From positions 5,887 to 69,886 of the forward strand of contig JAKLKW010000003.1 in the NCBI GenBank assembly GCA_023150455.1: a stretch of DNA of 64,000 nucleotides. The letters are read 5' to 3'. How positions within the stretch are numbered: the stretch's first letter is position 1; each line of letters starts with the position of its first letter. Below the pieces are notes generated by a model. It saw only the letters and a program-made list of their open reading frames with translations. It was not told the origin of the DNA and searched no databases. The position numbers and the translations under genes were made by a program. Source of the stretch: Alphaproteobacteria bacterium (lineage in GTDB: Bacteria; Pseudomonadota; Alphaproteobacteria; JAEULC01). This document shows positions 38,890 to 49,512 of this stretch, piece by piece.

Positions 38890-39954
38890 ATGCCGGGCGG
38901 GCTTGATTCTGCGTTGGTTTTCGGGCGCATGCGGATCTTTAGGACCTATCGCCGTCTGGCGCCGGACGCGCGCGGCGCCGTCGCGGCGGTCGGCAATTTC
39001 GACGGGCTGCATCTCGGCCACCGCGTGGTGATCGACAAGGCGCGACGCGTGGCCGCCGAATCGATGGCGCCGTCGGCGGTGCTGACCTTCGAGCCGCATC
39101 CGCGCATGGTGTTCCGCCCGGGCGAGCCCTCGTTCCGGCTGACGCCGTTCCGCGAGAAGGCGACGCTGCTGGCCGAGATGGGCATCGACCTGATGCTGGT
39201 GCCGCGCTTCGACCGCAACTTCGCCCAGATCACCGCCGAGTCCTTCGTGCGCGACGTGCTCGCCGACGGGCTGGGCCTGAAGCACGTGGTGTGCGGCGCG
39301 GACTTCGTGTTCGGCAAGGGCCGCGGCGGCGACGTCGCGCTGCTGCGCGAGCTCGCGCCCGCGCATGGGCTCGGCGTCAGCATCGTCGATCCGGTCGGCG
39401 ACGGCGACACGGTCTATTCCTCGACCAAGATCCGCCAGCTGCTGCAGGCGGGCGATCCCTTGGGCGCCGCGCGGCTGATGGGACGGCCGTTCGAGATCAT
39501 CGGCAAGGTGCAGCGCGGCGGCCAGGTCGGGCGCAGGCTGGGCTTCCCCACCGCCAATGTCGACCACGCCGCCTACCTGGCGCCGGCGACCGGCGTCTAC
39601 GCCGTGCGCGCCGCGCTCGCGGACGAGGGGACGCACGCCGCGCGCCGCTGGATCGACGGCGTCGCCAATTTCGGCCGGCGGCCGACCGTCGACGGCCTCA
39701 AGCTGCTGCTCGAGGTGCACCTGTTCGACTTCTCGGGCGACCTCTACGGCCATCGCCTGCGCGTGCGCCTGGTCGAGTATCTGCGGCCGGAGCGGAGGTT
39801 CGACGGCCTCGACGCGCTGAAGGCGCAGATCGCCGCCGACGCGCGCCAGGCCCGGCGATTGCTGGCGGCGCGAATTACGGGGGCGCCGCGCCCGGGCGCC
39901 GAAGAAGCGGGCGAAGACACCGAAGCGCCTCTCGAGCTGAAAGCCACGTCATGA
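38890..39954 (+). CDS. ribF: Bifunctional riboflavin kinase / FMN adenylyltransferase
   Basis: [10 protein letters not shown] adenylyltransferase motif, C-terminal riboflavin kinase PTAN and GxY boxes. Conserved ribF-ileS-lspA synteny. Confidence 0.9.
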   Translation: MPGGLDSALVFGRMRIFRTYRRLAPDARGAVAAVGNFDGLHLGHRVVIDKARRVAAESMAPSAVLTFEPHPRMVFRPGEPSFRLTPFREKATLLAEMGIDLMLVPRFDRNFAQITAESFVRDVLADGLGLKHVVCGADFVFGKGRGGDVALLRELAPAHGLGVSIVDPVGDGDTVYSSTKIRQLLQAGDPLGAARLMGRPFEIIGKVQRGGQVGRRLGFPTANVDHAAYLAPATGVYAVRAALADEGTHAARRWIDGVANFGRRPTVDGLKLLLEVHLFDFSGDLYGHRLRVRLVEYLRPERRFDGLDALKAQIAADARQARRLLAARITGAPRPGAEEAGEDTEAPLELKATS

Positions 39955-42878
39955 CCTCCATGTCCAGCAAGCCCGCGCCCGACACGCCCGCCAAGGACAA
40001 GCAAGGCAACGGCGCCGCCGGCCGCGACTACAAGGCGACCGTCTTCCTGCCCAGGACCGGGTTCCCGATGAAGGCCGGCCTGCCCAGGCGCGAGCCGGAG
40101 CTGCTCGACCACTGGCGCCGCATCGGCCTGTGGCAGAAGCTGCGCCAGCAGTCCAAGGGCCGGGACAAATTCATCCTGCACGACGGCCCGCCCTACGCCA
40201 ACGGCAACCTGCATATCGGCCACGCGCTGAACAAGATCCTGAAGGACGTGGTCAGCCGCACGCAGCAGATGCTGGGCAAGGACTCGAACTACGTCCCGGG
40301 CTGGGACTGCCACGGGCTGCCGATCGAATGGAAGATCGAGGAGGAGTACCGCGCCAAGGGCAAGGACAAGGACGCGGTGCCGATCGTCGAGTTCCGCCGC
40401 GAATGCCGCGAGTTCGCCGAGCACTGGATGAAGGTGCAGAGCGAGGAGTTCCAGCGCCTGGGCTGCGCCGGCGACTGGGAGAACCCCTACGCCACGATGT
40501 TCTTCGATGCCGAGGCGCTGATCGCCGCCGAGATCCACAAGTTCCTGATGAACGGCAGCCTGTTCCGCGGCGAGAAGCCCGTCTTGTGGTCGGTGGTCGA
40601 GAAGACCGCGCTGGCCGAGGCCGAGATCGAGTACGAGGACTTCGTCTCCGACACGATCTGGGCGAAGTTCCCGGTGACCGACGGCGACCCGGCGCTGAAG
40701 GGCGCGGCGATCGTCATCTGGACCACCACGCCCTGGACCATCCCGGGCAACCGCGCGATCTCGTACTCGCCGAAGATCAAGTACGGGCTCTTCGAGGTCG
40801 CGGACGCCCCGGCAGGCAACTGGGCCCGGAAAGGCGAGCTATTCGTGCTTGCCGACAAGCTGGCCGAGGACGTGTTCCGCCAAGCGCGCGTGACGGCGAA
40901 CCGGCGGATCGCGGACGTCGGCGCCGACATGCTGGCGCGGTCGGCCGCGGCGCACCCCTTGCGCGGACGCGGCTATGATTTCCAGGTGCCGCTGCTCGCC
41001 GGCGACCACGTCACCGACGACGCCGGCACCGGCTTCGTGCACACCGCGCCCGGCCATGGCCGCGAGGACTACGACGCCTGGGTCGAGAACGCGGAGGCCC
41101 TGAAGCAGCGCGGGATCGACACGGCGCTGCCCTACACGGTCGACGCCGACGGCAGGTTCACCGAGCAGGCGCCGGGCTTCGTCGGAAAGTCGGTCATCAC
41201 GCCCAAGGGCGAGAAGGGCGACGCCAACGAGGCGGTGATCCAGGCGCTGATCGGGGCCGGCATGCTGATCGCGCGCGGGCGCCTGAAGCACCAGTATCCG
41301 CATTCCTGGCGCTCGAAGAAGCCGGTGATCTTCCGCAACACGCCGCAATGGTTCATCGGCATGGAGCGGAACGACCTGCGCAAGAAGGCGCTCCAGGCGA
41401 TCAACGACACGAAGTTCTACCCGCCGCAGGGGCGCAACCGGCTCTACGCGATGATCGAGCAGCGCCCGGACTGGTGCGTGTCGCGCCAGCGCGCCTGGGG
41501 CGTGCCGATCGCCGTGTTCATGAACAAGCGGACCGGCGAGCCGCTCAAGGACGCCGAGGTCAACCAGCGCATCGTCGCGGCGTTCAAGCGCGAGGGCGCC
41601 GACGCCTGGTTCGCGCGCTCGCCCCAGGACTTCCTCGGCAACAAGTACGACGCGGCGGACTACGAGCCGGTCAAGGACATCATCGAGGTCTGGTTCGAAA
41701 GCGGCTCGACGCACGCCTTCGTGCTGGAGCAGCGCGCGGACCTCAAGTGGCCGGCCGACCTCTACCTCGAGGGCTCGGACCAGCATCGCGGCTGGTTCCA
41801 TTCCTCGCTGCTGGAATCCTGCGGCACGCGCGGCCGCGCGCCCTACGACGCGGTGCTGACGCACGGCTTCGTGCTCGACGAGCAGGGCCGCAAGATGTCG
41901 AAGTCGCTCGGCAACGTGACCGCCCCGCAGGACGTCGTCTCGCAGCAGGGCGCCGACATCCTGAGGCTCTGGGTCGTGGCGTCGAACTACGCCGAGGACC
42001 TGCAGATCGGGCCCGAGATCATCAAGGGCCAGGTCGACGCCTATCGCCGGCTGCGCAACACGCTGCGCTACCTGCTCGGCGCGCTCGCCGGCTTCGGCGC
42101 GGCCGAGCGCGTGGCGCCGGCCGCGATGCCCGAGCTCGAGCGCTTCGTGCTGCACCGGCTGTGGCAGCTCGACCGCCTCGTGCGCAGGAGCTGCGCCGAG
42201 TTCGATTTCCACCGCGTCTTCACCGAGCTGCACCAGTTGTGCGCGGTCGACCTGTCGGCCTTCTATTTCGACGTCCGCAAGGACTCGCTCTACTGCGACC
42301 GGGCCGACTCCGAGCGGCGGCGCGCCTGCCGCACCGTGCTCGACCACCTGTTCTCGTACCTGACGGCGTGGCTGGCGCCGATCCTGTGCTTCACCGCCGA
42401 GGAGGCCTGGCTCGCGCGCCGCGCCGAGTCCGGCGACGGCGGCGAGGAGAGCGTGCATCTGCGCCTGTTCCCGCATGCCCCGGCGGAGTGGCAGGACGAC
42501 GAGCTGGCCGAGCGCTGGGACCGCCTGCGCGCCGCGCGCCGCGCGGTGACCGGCGCGCTCGAGCTCGAGCGCGCCGCCAAGCGCATCGGGGCGAGCCTGC
42601 AGGCCGCCCCGGTGCTCTACGCCGACGACGCGTGGCGCGCGGCGCTCGAAGGCGCCGACATGGACGAGATCTGCATCACCTCGGGGCTCGCCATCGCGCC
42701 GATCGCATCGGCCCCGCGCGACGGCATCTTCACCCTGCCCGACGTCCAGGGCATCGCCGTCGCCTTCCGCGCCGCCGAGGGCCACAAATGCGAGCGCTGC
42801 TGGAAAGTCCTGCCCGAGGTCGGCCGCGCCCCGGCGCACGAGGGCCTGTGCCTGCGCTGCACCGAGGCGGTGGCGTGA
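39951..42878 (+). CDS. ileS: Isoleucine--tRNA ligase
   Basis: HIGH ([11 protein letters not shown]) and KMSKS (KMSKSLGN) class I motifs. 975 aa. Start overlaps the ribF stop. Confidence 0.95.
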   Translation: MTSMSSKPAPDTPAKDKQGNGAAGRDYKATVFLPRTGFPMKAGLPRREPELLDHWRRIGLWQKLRQQSKGRDKFILHDGPPYANGNLHIGHALNKILKDVVSRTQQMLGKDSNYVPGWDCHGLPIEWKIEEEYRAKGKDKDAVPIVEFRRECREFAEHWMKVQSEEFQRLGCAGDWENPYATMFFDAEALIAAEIHKFLMNGSLFRGEKPVLWSVVEKTALAEAEIEYEDFVSDTIWAKFPVTDGDPALKGAAIVIWTTTPWTIPGNRAISYSPKIKYGLFEVADAPAGNWARKGELFVLADKLAEDVFRQARVTANRRIADVGADMLARSAAAHPLRGRGYDFQVPLLAGDHVTDDAGTGFVHTAPGHGREDYDAWVENAEALKQRGIDTALPYTVDADGRFTEQAPGFVGKSVITPKGEKGDANEAVIQALIGAGMLIARGRLKHQYPHSWRSKKPVIFRNTPQWFIGMERNDLRKKALQAINDTKFYPPQGRNRLYAMIEQRPDWCVSRQRAWGVPIAVFMNKRTGEPLKDAEVNQRIVAAFKREGADAWFARSPQDFLGNKYDAADYEPVKDIIEVWFESGSTHAFVLEQRADLKWPADLYLEGSDQHRGWFHSSLLESCGTRGRAPYDAVLTHGFVLDEQGRKMSKSLGNVTAPQDVVSQQGADILRLWVVASNYAEDLQIGPEIIKGQVDAYRRLRNTLRYLLGALAGFGAAERVAPAAMPELERFVLHRLWQLDRLVRRSCAEFDFHRVFTELHQLCAVDLSAFYFDVRKDSLYCDRADSERRRACRTVLDHLFSYLTAWLAPILCFTAEEAWLARRAESGDGGEESVHLRLFPHAPAEWQDDELAERWDRLRAARRAVTGALELERAAKRIGASLQAAPVLYADDAWRAALEGADMDEICITSGLAIAPIASAPRDGIFTLPDVQGIAVAFRAAEGHKCERCWKVLPEVGRAPAHEGLCLRCTEAVA

Positions 42879-42933
42879 CGGGCTCTTCTCCGTCCCCCCT
42901 CCCCTCGCGGGCCTCGCGGGAGGGGGGACTCGA

Positions 42934-43443
42934 ATGGAGCGGGTCGTGACCCCCCGCCTTCGCCTCGGTCTCGTCCTGGCCGTGGTCGTGCTGGTGGCCG
43001 ACCAGGCGACCAAGGCGCTGATGATGGGGCTCATCGGTACAGAGCCGGGCGGGGGCGTCGCGCTGGCGTCATTCCTTAACATCGTCGTGGTGTGGAACCG
43101 CGGCATGAGCTTCGGCCTGTTCAACGCCGCCGCGGCGCCCTGGGCCTTCGTCGCCCTGGCGCTGCTGATCTCGGCGGGGCTGCTGTGGTGGCTGTGGCGG
43201 GCGGACCGGGCGGTGACCGGGCTGGCGCTGGGGCTGATCGTGGGCGGGGCGCTCGGCAACGTGGTCGACCGGCTGCGCTTCGGCGCGGTCTACGATTTCC
43301 TGGATTTCCACCTTCTCGGGTGGCATTGGCCTGCCTTCAATTTGGCCGATTCCGCCATTACGGTCGGGGTCGGCCTGCTGCTGCTCGACAGCTTGTTCGA
43401 GCCGCGGGAATCGCCTAAAAAGGCGCCTACGCCGGGTCGCTGA
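42934..43443 (+). CDS. lspA: Lipoprotein signal peptidase (signal peptidase II)
   Basis: 4 TM helices with conserved NRG..FG and FNLAD boxes. Confidence 0.9.
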   Translation: MERVVTPRLRLGLVLAVVVLVADQATKALMMGLIGTEPGGGVALASFLNIVVVWNRGMSFGLFNAAAAPWAFVALALLISAGLLWWLWRADRAVTGLALGLIVGGALGNVVDRLRFGAVYDFLDFHLLGWHWPAFNLADSAITVGVGLLLLDSLFEPRESPKKAPTPGR

Positions 43444-43466
43444 AACCAGGTGGTCAGTTAACAGGA

Positions 43467-44072
43467 ATGAGTCGCTTACCGCTCGTGTTCGCCGTCGCGG
43501 GCCTGGCCGCCGTTCTGGGCGGCTGCAGCGGCGCGCGCGAAGCCATCGGCCTCGACAAGCGCAAGCCGCCGGACGAGTTCCAGGTGACGACGCGCCAGCC
43601 GCTGTCGCTGCCGCCGAACTACCAGCTCCGGCCGCCGCAGCCGGGCGCGGCGCCGCTGGAGACGGCGGTGACCGCGCAGGCCAAGCAGACCGTGTTCGGC
43701 AAGGATCAGCAGCCGCAGCTCGCCAAGGGCATGTCGGCCGGGGGCAAGGGCGACGCCGCCTCGGTGCCCGGCTTCCAGCGCCGCACGCCGGGCGAGCAGG
43801 CGCTGCTGGGCAAGGCCGGCGCCGCCAGCGCCGATCCCAACATCCGCATCCTGGTCGACCGCGACTCGCAGCAGATCGCCGACGCCAACAAGACGCTGAT
43901 CGACGACCTTCTGTTCTGGCGCAAGGACGCCGAGCCCGGCGTCATCATCGACGCCAACAAGGAGGCCGACCGGCTCAAGGCCAACGCCGCCAGCGGCAGG
44001 GCGCCGACCGAGGGCGAGACGCCCACCATCAAGCGCAAGAGCCGCGGCATCCTGGACGGGCTGCTGAATTAG
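43467..44072 (+). CDS. DUF3035-like lipoprotein conserved downstream of lspA in alphaproteobacteria
   Basis: Lipobox LGGC, low-complexity Pro/Gln-rich protein. Conserved position between lspA and the M16 pair. Confidence 0.65.
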   Translation: MSRLPLVFAVAGLAAVLGGCSGAREAIGLDKRKPPDEFQVTTRQPLSLPPNYQLRPPQPGAAPLETAVTAQAKQTVFGKDQQPQLAKGMSAGGKGDAASVPGFQRRTPGEQALLGKAGAASADPNIRILVDRDSQQIADANKTLIDDLLFWRKDAEPGVIIDANKEADRLKANAASGRAPTEGETPTIKRKSRGILDGLLN

Positions 44073-44112
44073 GCGCTTCACAACCCCGTCATGACAGGGA
44101 CTTAACTTGAGC

Positions 44113-44140
44113 GGCCGCGGGACTGCGGCCTAGTGTTTGC
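44113..44140 (+). terminator. Possible intrinsic terminator after the DUF3035 gene
   Basis: ggccgc gggact gcggcc hairpin followed by tagtgtttg. Confidence 0.35.
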
Positions 44141-44231
44141 CGGATTCGCGCCGCGAGCCGGTCCCACCGCCGGGCAGCGGGTGCGGCGAACGACGCGAAC
44201 ATCCCGTCCGCGGAAAGGCAGAACGACCGAG

Positions 44232-45581
44232 ATGCGACCCCTCCCCCGTGTCCCGCGCGCCCTGGTTGCCGGTGCGCTCCTCGCCGGTCTCGCCGCCGGC
44301 CCCGCCGCCGCCAAGGTGTTCGAGCCGGAGACCTTCATGCTGGCCAACGGCATGCAGGTGGTGGTCGCCTCGAACCATCGCGTGCCGGTGGTGACCCACA
44401 TGGTCTGGTACAAGGTGGGCTCGGCCGACGAGGTGCCGGGCAAGTCCGGCATCGCGCATTTCCTCGAGCACCTGATGTTCAAGGGCACGAAGTCGGTGCC
44501 GCCGGGCGAGTTCTCGAAGATCGTGGCGCGCAACGGCGGCCAGGACAACGCGTTCACCAGCTACGACTACACCGGCTATTTCCAGAACGTCGCCAAGGAC
44601 CGGCTGGAGCTGGTGATGAAGCTCGAGGCCGACCGCATGGCGAACCTGGTGCTGACCGACGCCGAGGTCGACCCCGAGCGCAAGGTGATCCTGGAGGAGC
44701 GCCGGCAGACGCTCGACAACAAGCCGGCCTCGCGGCTCAACGAGCAGATGATCGCGGCGCAGTTCATGAACCATCCCTACGGCCGCTCGGTGATCGGCTG
44801 GGAGCACGAGATGCGCGGGCTCACCACCGAGGACGCGGTCGCCTGGCACCGCAGGTACTACGCGCCCAACAACGCCATCCTCGTGGTCGGCGGCGACATC
44901 ACGGCGGCCGAGTTGAAGCCCCTGGCCGAAAAGTACTACGGCGCCGTCCCGGCGCGGCCGGTGCCGCCGCGCGTGCGCGTGCAGGAGCCGACCCACCAGG
45001 CGGCGCGGCGCGTCGTGCTGGAGAGCGAGCAGGTGCGCCAGCCCTCGTGGCGGCGCACGTACCTCGCGCCCAGCTACGCGCGCGGCGCCGTCGAGCACGC
45101 CTATCCGCTGCAGGTGCTGGCCGAGATCCTGGGCGGCGGCGCCACCGGGCGGCTCTACAAGTCGCTGGTGCTGCCGGGCGTGCTGGCGGTCGGCGCATCG
45201 GCCTACTACGACGCCTCGGCGATCGACCTGACGACCTTCAACGTCGCCGCCAGCCCGAAGATCGGCGTCGAGGTGGAGAAGGTCGAGGCCGCGGTGGACA
45301 AGGTCCTGGCCGAGATCCTGGAGAAGGGCGTGACCCAGGAGGAACTGGACAACGCCAGGCGAAGGCTGCAGGACGCGGCGATCCTCGGCCGCGACAGCTT
45401 CAACGGCGGCGCGCGCACGCTGGGCGCGGCGCTCGCCATGGGCCGCACGGTCGAGGACGTCGAGACCTGGCCCGACCGCATCGGCGCCGTGACGGTCGAG
45501 CAGGTGAACGCCGCCGCCAGGCACGTGCTGGTCGAGCGCCAGTCCGTCACCGGCATCCTCCGGCCCAAGCCGACGAGCTGA
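44232..45581 (+). CDS. M16 family zinc metallopeptidase (active subunit)
   Basis: Signal peptide. Inverted zinc-binding motif HFLEH plus a downstream Glu. 449 aa. Confidence 0.85.
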   Translation: MRPLPRVPRALVAGALLAGLAAGPAAAKVFEPETFMLANGMQVVVASNHRVPVVTHMVWYKVGSADEVPGKSGIAHFLEHLMFKGTKSVPPGEFSKIVARNGGQDNAFTSYDYTGYFQNVAKDRLELVMKLEADRMANLVLTDAEVDPERKVILEERRQTLDNKPASRLNEQMIAAQFMNHPYGRSVIGWEHEMRGLTTEDAVAWHRRYYAPNNAILVVGGDITAAELKPLAEKYYGAVPARPVPPRVRVQEPTHQAARRVVLESEQVRQPSWRRTYLAPSYARGAVEHAYPLQVLAEILGGGATGRLYKSLVLPGVLAVGASAYYDASAIDLTTFNVAASPKIGVEVEKVEAAVDKVLAEILEKGVTQEELDNARRRLQDAAILGRDSFNGGARTLGAALAMGRTVEDVETWPDRIGAVTVEQVNAAARHVLVERQSVTGILRPKPTS

Positions 45582-45604
45582 CCGGACTTCAGGGGACGTC
45601 GATC

Positions 45605-46927
45605 ATGTTCTTGCGCATCGCCGCGGTGGCGGCCACGCTGTTCCTGGGCTCGGCCGGCATCGCGGCCGAGGCGCTGGAGATCCAGCGCGTCGTCAGCCCG
45701 GGCGGCATCGAGGCATGGCTGATCCAGGACCGCAGCGCGCCGATCCTCGCCGTCCAGGCGGGCTTCCGCGGCGGCTCGGCGCAGGATCCCGCGGGCAAGG
45801 ACGGGCTCGCCAACCTGACCGTGTCGCTGCTGGACGAAGGCGCGGGGCCCTACGACAGCCAGCAGTTCCAGGGCCGGCTCGAGAACCGCTCGATCGAGTT
45901 CGGCGCCGAGGCCGAGCGCGACAACGTGATGGTCGGCCTGCGCACGATAGCCGACCGCCGCGACGAGGCGATGGAGCTGCTGGCCCTGGCGCTGACCGAG
46001 CCGCGCTTCGAGCAGAGCGCGATCGAGCGCGTGCGCGCGAGCATCCTGGCCGCGATCCAGCGCGACGCCGAGAACCCGCAGTCGCTCGCCTGGCGCACGC
46101 TGTGGCAGTCGCTGTTCGACGGCCACGTCTACGGCCGCCAGTCGCGCGGCACGCTCGAGACGGTCAAGGCGCTGACCCGCGACGACATCGTCGCCTATCA
46201 CAAGGCGCAGTTCGCGCGCGAAGGGCTGATGATCGGCGTGGTCGGCGACATCGCGCCCGAGGAGCTGAAGCCGCTGCTCGACCGTACCTTCGGCCGGCTG
46301 CCGGCCAAGGGCCGGAGCGACGCCGTCGCCGAGGCCGCGGCGAAATCGCCCGGCACGACGACGGTGATCCGCCGCCCCATCCCGCAGAGCGTGGTCGCCT
46401 TCGGCCATTTCGGCATCAAGCGCGACGACCCCGACTTCTACGCCGCCTACGTCGTCAACTACATCCTCGGCGGCGGCGGCTTCGGCTCGCGCCTGATGGA
46501 GGAGGTGCGCGAGAAGCGCGGGCTCGCCTACGGCGTCAGCTCCTACATGAGCACCTTCAACCGCGCCGGCCTGGTGCTGGGCACGGTCGGCACCGAGAAC
46601 GCGCAGGCGGCCGCGAGCCTGGAGCTGATCCGCAAGGAATGGCGGCGCATGCGCGAGGAAGGCCCGACCGAGACCGAGCTCGAGAACGCCAAGACCTACC
46701 TGACCGGCTCCTTCGCGCTGCAGCTCTCCAGCACCACGCGCATCGCGCGCATGCTGGTCACGATCCAGGCCGACAAGCTCGGCATCGACTACCTCGACAA
46801 GCGCAACGCCTATATCGAGAAAGTCACCATCGACGACGCCCGCCGCGCCGCCCGCCGCCTGTACGACCCCGACCGCCTGACGGTCGTCGTCGTCGGCGAT
46901 CCCGCCGGCCTGGGCGCGGCGAATTGA
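45605..46927 (+). CDS. M16 family peptidase, non-catalytic partner subunit
   Basis: Same fold as the upstream gene but lacks the HxxEH motif. Signal peptide MFLRIAAVAATLFLGSAGIAA. Confidence 0.8.
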   Translation: MFLRIAAVAATLFLGSAGIAAEALEIQRVVSPGGIEAWLIQDRSAPILAVQAGFRGGSAQDPAGKDGLANLTVSLLDEGAGPYDSQQFQGRLENRSIEFGAEAERDNVMVGLRTIADRRDEAMELLALALTEPRFEQSAIERVRASILAAIQRDAENPQSLAWRTLWQSLFDGHVYGRQSRGTLETVKALTRDDIVAYHKAQFAREGLMIGVVGDIAPEELKPLLDRTFGRLPAKGRSDAVAEAAAKSPGTTTVIRRPIPQSVVAFGHFGIKRDDPDFYAAYVVNYILGGGGFGSRLMEEVREKRGLAYGVSSYMSTFNRAGLVLGTVGTENAQAAASLELIRKEWRRMREEGPTETELENAKTYLTGSFALQLSSTTRIARMLVTIQADKLGIDYLDKRNAYIEKVTIDDARRAARRLYDPDRLTVVVVGDPAGLGAAN

Positions 46928-46973
46928 CCTCGTACCCTCGCCCGCCGCAGGCGGGAGAGGGTAAACTGGCCCC

Positions 46974-47423
46974 ATGGCGTCCCGCGCGCCCTTGACCATC
47001 CTCCTCGCCGGCTTCGTCGCCGGCTTCCTGGCCGTGCTGCTGTTCCACCAGCCGGTGGGCGCGGCGATGCATTGGCTGGGCTGGTCGCGGTTTGCGCCCT
47101 TCAGCATGGCGCCGGTGCCGCCGCTCGGCGTGCCGCGCGTGCTGTCGCTGGCCTTCTGGGGCGGCGTGTGGGGCATCGTGCTGGCCGCGGTCGCGGCATG
47201 GCTGCCGCGGCGGCCGGGCGCCTTCCTGCTGGCGGGATTCGTCTTCGGCATCGTCGGGCCGGCCTTCTTCGCCTGGTTCGTGCTGGCGCCGCTGCGCGGC
47301 CAGGCCGTGGCGCAGGGCTGGCAGGCCACGGCGCTGCTGCGCAGCGCCGTGATCAACGGCATGTGGGGGCTGGGCGCGGCCTTGTTCCTGCTGCTGGCGC
47401 GGCGGCTGCGGCTGGCGCGTTGA
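46974..47423 (+). CDS. Small integral membrane protein (4 TM), hypothetical
   Basis: 149 aa, strongly hydrophobic. Immediately upstream of and probably co-transcribed with the 2OG oxygenase. Confidence 0.5.
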   Translation: MASRAPLTILLAGFVAGFLAVLLFHQPVGAAMHWLGWSRFAPFSMAPVPPLGVPRVLSLAFWGGVWGIVLAAVAAWLPRRPGAFLLAGFVFGIVGPAFFAWFVLAPLRGQAVAQGWQATALLRSAVINGMWGLGAALFLLLARRLRLAR

Positions 47424-47428
47424 CGCCC

Positions 47429-48499
47429 ATGCAGTCGGCCACGACCGCGACCACGTCCACGACCCCGGAGGCGCTCGAGCGCGGCGACCGGGTCGCCAAC
47501 TTCGTGCTGGCCGACCTCAAGGGCGCGTTTCGCCTGTTCTACGACCTGACCCAGGGCGGGCCGGGGCTGGTGGCGCTGTGCGACGGCGCCGATCCCGCCG
47601 CGCAGACGCTGCTCGCGGGAATGAGCGCGCGGGCGGCCGCGCTCAAGGCGCTCGGCGCCGAGCTGTTCGCCGTCGTCGCGGGCGCGCCCGAGCGCGTCGC
47701 CGCGCTCGCCCGCGACGCCGCGGGCGGCGAGCCGCCCTTCCCCGTACTGGTCGACGCGGAGGCAAAGGTCAACCGCGTCTACCCGGTCGCGGGCGAGACG
47801 CGCGGGCTGAAGCTGGTGCTGATCGACCCCAACCAGCGCGCGCTGGCGGGCTTCGCGGGCGCGGCGCCGGAGGCCCTGATCGACGACGCCAGGGCCTGGC
47901 TCGAGCGGCACTGGCGCGCGGCCGCGCCGGTCGCGGGCGGGCGGCCGGCGCCGATCCTCCTGGTGCCCGACGCGTTCGATCCGGCGCTGTGCCGCGCGCT
48001 GATCGATGCCTGGCACGGCGACCACGCCGAGCTCGGCGTCTCGGGCAGCACCGACGCGCTGCTCTACGACCGCAAGAAGAGCCAGGACCACGTGGTGCGC
48101 GATCCCGACATGGCCAGGCGCATCAGCCGCACGCTCAACCGCCGCATCGCGCCCGAGGTGCTGAAGGCCTTCACGTTCAAGGGTCCCTACGGCTTCGACG
48201 GCCACATCGTGCTGGGCTACGACGCGGGGCGGCGCGACTTCTTCGGCCCGCATCGCGACAACATGTCGCCGCGCACGCGCCACCGCCGCTTCGCCATCTC
48301 GCTCAACCTCAACGACGACTTCGAGGGCGGCGAGCTGCGCTTCTCCGAGTACGGCGGCGCGCTCTACCGCATGGACGCCGGCATGGCCTGCGTCTTCTCC
48401 TGCTCGTTGCTGCACGAGGCCATGCCGGTCAGGAAAGGCCGCCGCTTCGTGCTGACGACATTCATGTGCGATCCGACGGGATCGCAGGGCGCGCGTTGA
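47429..48499 (+). CDS. 2OG-Fe(II) oxygenase (prolyl-4-hydroxylase-like) with N-terminal thioredoxin-like domain
   Basis: C-terminal HRDN...H 2-His-1-carboxylate pattern and an RxS-like region (GRRFVLTTF). N-terminal about 150 aa are redoxin-like with no obvious CxxC. Confidence 0.7.
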   Translation: MQSATTATTSTTPEALERGDRVANFVLADLKGAFRLFYDLTQGGPGLVALCDGADPAAQTLLAGMSARAAALKALGAELFAVVAGAPERVAALARDAAGGEPPFPVLVDAEAKVNRVYPVAGETRGLKLVLIDPNQRALAGFAGAAPEALIDDARAWLERHWRAAAPVAGGRPAPILLVPDAFDPALCRALIDAWHGDHAELGVSGSTDALLYDRKKSQDHVVRDPDMARRISRTLNRRIAPEVLKAFTFKGPYGFDGHIVLGYDAGRRDFFGPHRDNMSPRTRHRRFAISLNLNDDFEGGELRFSEYGGALYRMDAGMACVFSCSLLHEAMPVRKGRRFVLTTFMCDPTGSQGAR

Positions 48500-48603
48500 T
48501 CCGCGCGCCAAACATTTGGTTTGGCGGCCGGATCAGCGGCCGACCAGGCGCGCGTTGATCCGCGCGCCGAACATTTGGTTTGGCGGCCGGATCAGCGGCC
48601 GAC
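48489..48603. repeat. REP-like two-hairpin repeat, 2 tandem units (locus D); first hairpin overlaps the oxygenase stop codon
   Basis: gcgcgcgTTGATCCgcgcgcc, then an aaacatttggtttggc spacer, then ggccggatcagcggccg, repeated twice. The TGA stop at 48497-48499 lies in the first hairpin loop. Confidence 0.8.
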
Positions 48604-48638
48604 CAGGCGCGGCGGACAGGGAATGAGCGCCGCGCGGA

Positions 48639-49045
48639 TCAGCTCGTCGCGACGCGCGAGCGGCCGACCAGCGGGATCGGCCCGTAGGGCAGCAGGTTCT
48701 CGGCGACGAAGGTGAAGTTGAACGACAGGTTGATCACGACGAAGGTCCGCCCGCCGCTCGACTCCTGCGTCACGTTCACCGCCACGAGGTTCGGATCGAC
48801 GCCCGAGACGCGGGCGCGCGCGTAGTCGGTGATCTGGCTGGTGCTGGCGCCCGTGCTGACGAGGGCGTAGCGCGAGGCCTCGTCGGCGGCATGCTGCAGG
48901 CTGGTCCTGATCCAGCTCAGGCGGCCGAACTCGATGATGCCGAACAGCATCAGGAAGAACAGCGGCGCCACCAGCGCGAACTCGAGGGCGCTGACGCCGC
49001 CCTCGCACCGCCGGAGGCGCCCGAGGCTGCGGATGCCGGCCATCA
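48639..49045 (-). CDS. TadE-like pilus-assembly family protein
   Basis: N-terminal EFALVAPLFFLMLFGIIEFG TadE motif. Start at MMAGIRS, trimmed from the longer ORF. Confidence 0.7.
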
Positions 49046-49510
49046 TCGCACGCGGATCTGCGCGCGGCCGGTCAAGGTCACGGGATTGTCGAGCCCGGGA
49101 TAGGGGAAGATCCGCGTGTAGCTCGTGCTGACCTCGACCCGGTAGGAGATCGCGACGTCGCCGCCGGTCGCACAGGTGCCGCTGCAGCTGACCGACGCCC
49201 CGTCGCCGCACTGGCAGGCCTGGGTGACGGTCACCGTCACCTGCGACGGATCGAGGCTGGTCGCGGCCAGCGCCGCGCTTTCCGCGCCGGCCGTGTCGCC
49301 GGGGTTCGTCGCCAGCATCTGCATGCCCGAGCGCGCGGCGCTCTCGACCGAAAGCGCCGCGTAGGCCTGCATGCCGAAGTCGGTGGCACCCGCCGCCAGC
49401 AGCAGCAGCAGCGGCGCGATCACGGCGAACTCGATCAGGGCGTTGCCCTCGCGCGCCGGCCCGAACCGGCGCGCGAGGGAGAGGACGCGATGGAGGCCGG
49501 CCGGCGCCAT
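49043..49510 (-). CDS. TadE-like pilus-assembly family protein (second copy)
   Basis: IEFAVIAPLLLLLAAGATDFG TadE motif. 155 aa. 3-nt overlap with the downstream TadE gene. Confidence 0.7.
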   Translation of the reverse strand: MAPAGLHRVLSLARRFGPAREGNALIEFAVIAPLLLLLAAGATDFGMQAYAALSVESAARSGMQMLATNPGDTAGAESAALAATSLDPSQVTVTVTQACQCGDGASVSCSGTCATGGDVAISYRVEVSTSYTRIFPYPGLDNPVTLTGRAQIRVR

Positions 49511-49512
49511 GG

